This document shows positions 61,094 through 64,000 of a stretch of DNA of 64,000 bases, piece by piece. This DNA is from an uncultured Flavobacteriales bacterium (GTDB lineage: Bacteria; Bacteroidota; Bacteroidia; Flavobacteriales_D; Crocinitomicaceae). The translations under genes were made by a program, and so were the position numbers. The stretch lies in the NCBI GenBank assembly GCA_903823565.1, contig CAIJTF010000116.1, positions 4,690-68,689 of the forward strand. The letters are read 5' to 3'. Each line of letters starts with the position of its first letter. Within the stretch, counting starts at the first letter, position 1. The notes beneath the pieces were generated by a model. That model was not told the DNA's origin, made no database searches, and was given only the letters and a program-made list of their open reading frames with translations.

Positions 61094-62996
61094 AATATGG
61101 CTTACAATGTTCTGTCTCGTTGCTTCTTTTGAAGCGCATAGCACTACCTATTATGTCAGTCCAAACGGGAACAATACCAACGGATTAAGCCCTAACAGCG
61201 CGTGGAACTCAATTTCGTCAGTTAACAATTTTGTGTTTTCTCCCGGTGACTCCCTTCTTTTTGAAGGAAATTTCAGTTACACCGGTAACCTCGAATTCGA
61301 TGCGTTGGATGCAAATAATCCAAATAATCCTTTTTTTATTGGTTCCTATGGGAATGGAATAGCTACGATTCAAACGCTTACGACGGCAAAATGTGGTTTC
61401 AAGGCGACCAACACCCAAGGATTTATTTTGAAAAATCTGATGTTTCAAGGACCAGATGTTGCAATAGCATCGAACAGTGACGGGGTTTTATTCTACACCG
61501 ACTTACCGTCTGGTTATCTTAGAAATATTAAGCTAAATAATATAGAAGTTTCAGGATTTGGATATTGTGGAATTCGTTTCTACGCTAATTGGTCAGCATC
61601 GGTCAATTCCGGTTTTCGAACTGTGAAAATTGATTCTTGTACGGTTCATGATTGCCGCGAAAATGGGATTGTTAGCATTGCTTACGATACGCAAAATTCT
61701 ACCAACTACCAACATTACGGTTTTCAGATCAAACATACCAAGGTTCATGATATTACGGGGTATTCAGCTAATTCTCATAAAGGAAGTGGTATTGTTTTAT
61801 CCCAAATTGACTCAGCATTGATTGAACGTTGTGTGGTATACAATACCGGAAGCCTGAATACTGCTTGTGGCGGTCCTGGTGGCATTTGGGTTTATGCAGC
61901 GAATAATGTCACCATTCAGTTCAATGAAAGCCATCACAATAAATCGGGATCTGGAAACGGGTGTGATGGTTTAGGGTTTGATTTGGACGGTGGAACAACC
62001 AACTCCGTATTACAATACAATTACTCTCATGACAACGATGGTGCGGGAATTTTGTTAGGAAATTTTCCGGGTGCGCGACCTTGGGGTAATAACAAAGTAC
62101 GTTACAATTTTAGCGTAAACGATGCCAGAACCAACAACAGTTCGGTTACCCTTTTTACCGCACCTGGAACTCAATGGTCGGGCCTCAGATTTCATAACAA
62201 TACGGTTATAACCTCTTCCTCTAACACGAATAACTATCCTACTTTTGGAGCGTTTCAGATGACCGAATACGGTAGCACCATGGCAGGGGTTGAATGCTAC
62301 AATAACCAGTTCATCACCGATGGATTGCCATTGATTAATGTTCCCGCGACCTTTTTAGGCGATGAACCAAGATTTATCAATAACCTGTATTGGTCCAATG
62401 GTCAAACACCGGAGTATTTTTATGGAGGTTCTTATAACTCATTGGCTTCTTTCCGTACCGCAGGGAATTATTGTGAAAAATGGTTGAACAATGATTATGG
62501 CATAGTATCCAATCCACAGTTAACCAATTTATGGAACCCTGCACCTACTTTGTATCCAAATCCAACAGAATCCTTGTTGAGTTATCGCCTTACTTCAAAT
62601 TCACCTGCTATTAACCAAGGCTTAGATTTGTTGACCACCTTCGGCATTGGTAACGGTTTCATGGATTATTTTTGGCATTCACTCCCATTAGGTGCAGCCT
62701 ATGAGATTGGTGCAGAAGAAGGAGTTTTTTTACAAGTGGGTTTAGCACAAAATGGCGATTTAAACCAGTTTAATGTGCTTCCAAACCCCGTAAGGGCGAA
62801 CGCTGTTTTTCAGGTGTCAAATCCCGAATATATTCAAAAAATTTCCATTTATGATATGCAGGGAAGGGTTCAATATATGAACGGTGAAGCGTTGAATGTT
62901 CCAGTAAAAGCAGACTTCGGAAATGGTTATTTTTTCCTAAAAATTTCAACCAAATCAGGGCAGGAATTAACCTTGCCTATGCTCGTGATTGATTAA
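61053..62996 (+). CDS. Right-handed parallel beta-helix repeat protein (pectate-lyase-fold) with T9SS C-terminal sorting domain
   Basis: 647 aa. N-terminus TYYVSPNGNNTNGLSPNSAW. Repeated beta-helix turns (NGIVS, GSGIVLS, DGLGFDLDGG, NDGAGILLG). The C-terminus is VLPNPVRANAVF...GYFFLKI. The start is either 61053 (overlaps the upstream gene by 41 nt but gives a better signal peptide) or 61107. Confidence 0.6.
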   Translation: MENNCRKNYFRFDKIWLTMFCLVASFEAHSTTYYVSPNGNNTNGLSPNSAWNSISSVNNFVFSPGDSLLFEGNFSYTGNLEFDALDANNPNNPFFIGSYGNGIATIQTLTTAKCGFKATNTQGFILKNLMFQGPDVAIASNSDGVLFYTDLPSGYLRNIKLNNIEVSGFGYCGIRFYANWSASVNSGFRTVKIDSCTVHDCRENGIVSIAYDTQNSTNYQHYGFQIKHTKVHDITGYSANSHKGSGIVLSQIDSALIERCVVYNTGSLNTACGGPGGIWVYAANNVTIQFNESHHNKSGSGNGCDGLGFDLDGGTTNSVLQYNYSHDNDGAGILLGNFPGARPWGNNKVRYNFSVNDARTNNSSVTLFTAPGTQWSGLRFHNNTVITSSSNTNNYPTFGAFQMTEYGSTMAGVECYNNQFITDGLPLINVPATFLGDEPRFINNLYWSNGQTPEYFYGGSYNSLASFRTAGNYCEKWLNNDYGIVSNPQLTNLWNPAPTLYPNPTESLLSYRLTSNSPAINQGLDLLTTFGIGNGFMDYFWHSLPLGAAYEIGAEEGVFLQVGLAQNGDLNQFNVLPNPVRANAVFQVSNPEYIQKISIYDMQGRVQYMNGEALNVPVKADFGNGYFFLKISTKSGQELTLPMLVID

Positions 62997-63041
62997 CATC
63001 ACTCCACGACCATACGAACTCGATTCCGCTAAATTTCCAAA

Positions 63042-63087
63042 TGAGTTTCGGCTATGTGTTCTTCAATGAGCGAGCCGTTCGTTAGAA
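63042..63087 (+). repeat. 46-bp direct repeat, right copy
   Basis: Identical to 59222-59267. Intergenic here. It is preceded by an A that creates a 14-codon relic [17 protein letters not shown]. Confidence 0.97.
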
Positions 63088-63091
63088 TTAA

Positions 63092-63099
63092 TACTTTTG
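63092..63099 (+). promoter_or_regulatory. Putative -7 box (TACTTTTG) for the VOC gene
   Basis: Matches TAnnTTTG, 14 nt upstream of the ATG at 63114. The expected -33 region would lie inside repeat copy 2. Confidence 0.3.
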
Positions 63100-63113
63100 T
63101 AAAAAAAAGAGCA

Positions 63114-64000
63114 ATGAAACCTTTAATTTGTGGAATCCAACAAATGGGAATTGGCGTACCGAATGTCCCTGAAATCTGGAGTTGGTATCGAACCATGTTT
63201 GGAATGGATGTCCGTGTTTTCGAAGAAGCAGCAGAAGCGCCTTTAATGACCCGTTATACGGGTGGTGTGGTTCAAGCAAGGACTGCTACCCTCGCACTGA
63301 GTATGGATGGGGGAGGTGGATTTGAAATTTGGCAATACACTAGCCGAAATACCGAAAAAGCGACCTTTTCCATTCAATTGGGGGATTTAGGGCTGTATGC
63401 CTGTAAAATTAAGTCGAGAAACGTTGAGAAATCCTACGAATATTTTAGGTCCTTAGGGGTTGCGTTAAGGAATGTACCCACGGCTGCGCCCGATGGGAGC
63501 TTGAGTTTTTTCTTGGAAGATCCAAACGGCAATTTATTTCAAATCGTCGAGGGAAAAGGATGGTTTTCTGATACCAAACACCCATCCCACTGTGGCGGTG
63601 TGGTAGGGGCAATTATTGGTGTGTCTGATATGGAACGGTCCTTAGCGCTCTATCAAAACGTGCTTGCATACGAAAGCATCGTTTATGATGCTTCTGGATC
63701 CTTTGACGACTTTCATGGAATCAATCCATCAGGCACCTTTAGGCGAGTGGCCCTGACCCATAAAGAACAACGCACGGGTCCCTTTGCACCCTTGCTAGGA
63801 CCAACTTCGATTGAATTGGTGCAAGCAGTGGATCGCCAGGATGTCAAACGAATTTTTGAAAATCGCTTTTGGGGCGATTGGGGGTTCATCCATCTTTGTT
63901 TTGATATTCAGGGAATGGATGCCTTAAAATACGCCTGTGAGCAAGAAGGCTTCGCCTTTACCGTAGACAGTTCCGATACCTTCGATATGGGAGAAGCCGG
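63114..64000 (+). CDS. VOC (glyoxalase/bleomycin-resistance/dioxygenase) superfamily protein; 3' end cut by window edge
   Basis: Absent from the ORF track because no stop is reached. Hand translation: MKPLICGIQQMGIGVPNVPEIWSWYRTMFGMDV....FFLEDPNGNLFQIVE....VVGAIIGVSDMERSLALYQNVL.., which shows two VOC-like beta-alpha-beta-beta-beta modules. The frame is open to base 64000. Confidence 0.65.
   Translation, partial: MKPLICGIQQMGIGVPNVPEIWSWYRTMFGMDVRVFEEAAEAPLMTRYTGGVVQARTATLALSMDGGGGFEIWQYTSRNTEKATFSIQLGDLGLYACKIKSRNVEKSYEYFRSLGVALRNVPTAAPDGSLSFFLEDPNGNLFQIVEGKGWFSDTKHPSHCGGVVGAIIGVSDMERSLALYQNVLAYESIVYDASGSFDDFHGINPSGTFRRVALTHKEQRTGPFAPLLGPTSIELVQAVDRQDVKRIFENRFWGDWGFIHLCFDIQGMDALKYACEQEGFAFTVDSSDTFDMGEA

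Larger units (their letters stand above)
59268..63041 (+). other. 3.8-kb two-gene cassette bounded by the 46-bp direct repeats (possible insertion)
   Basis: Contains a 285-bp AT-rich spacer plus two T9SS-cargo genes. The flanking repeats have sharp edges. No integrase or transposase is seen. Confidence 0.5.

Overview
Chromosomal window from a Bacteroidota, probably Flavobacteriia-like. Evidence for that placement: no Shine-Dalgarno sequences, TAnnTTTG -7 boxes, many T9SS C-terminal sorting domains, and no tuf between fusA and rpsJ.

Layout:
- 1-18.2 kb: the 3' part of a CDF metal-efflux gene, then the complete str-S10-spc-alpha ribosomal cluster, rpsL to rplQ. It includes fusA, secY, infA and rpoA. 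rpmD and rpmJ fall below the ORF-track size cutoff and were located by eye. The cluster ends in a clean intrinsic terminator.
- 18.2-24 kb: carA-eno-NUDIX, an orphan XRE regulator, a 3-hydroxybutyryl-CoA dehydrogenase and a Wzx-like flippase.
- 24-32 kb: an accessory stretch of small lipoproteins and secreted proteins of unknown function. It also holds a CapA-like metallophosphatase, a YdjM-like membrane hydrolase, an overlapping pair of orphan genes and a gene interrupted by two in-frame TAA codons.
- 32-41.5 kb: divergent giant T9SS cargo genes (a CotH-kinase-like protein and a 1203-aa protein with a type-B sorting domain). These are followed by a GC-rich nested-palindrome repeat element and an ankyrin + 2x DOMON gene trio.
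- 41.4-52.1 kb: PhoD, a frameshifted Kir-type K+ channel, and a tightly coupled minus-strand operon. The operon encodes an LTD protein, a TonB-dependent receptor, an Endonuclease-I-family nuclease and a split 5'-nucleotidase. I read it as an extracellular nucleic-acid / organic-phosphate scavenging module.
- 52-57 kb: DPP-IV, citrate synthase and a THUMP RNA methyltransferase.
- 57-64 kb: a patatin/Omp85-like phospholipase whose last 46 bp recur perfectly 3.8 kb downstream. The two copies bracket a two-gene T9SS-cargo cassette. A VOC-family gene then runs off the window.

I found no rRNA, tRNA, CRISPR array, transposase or integrase. All functional calls rest on motif recognition by eye; no database search was run.
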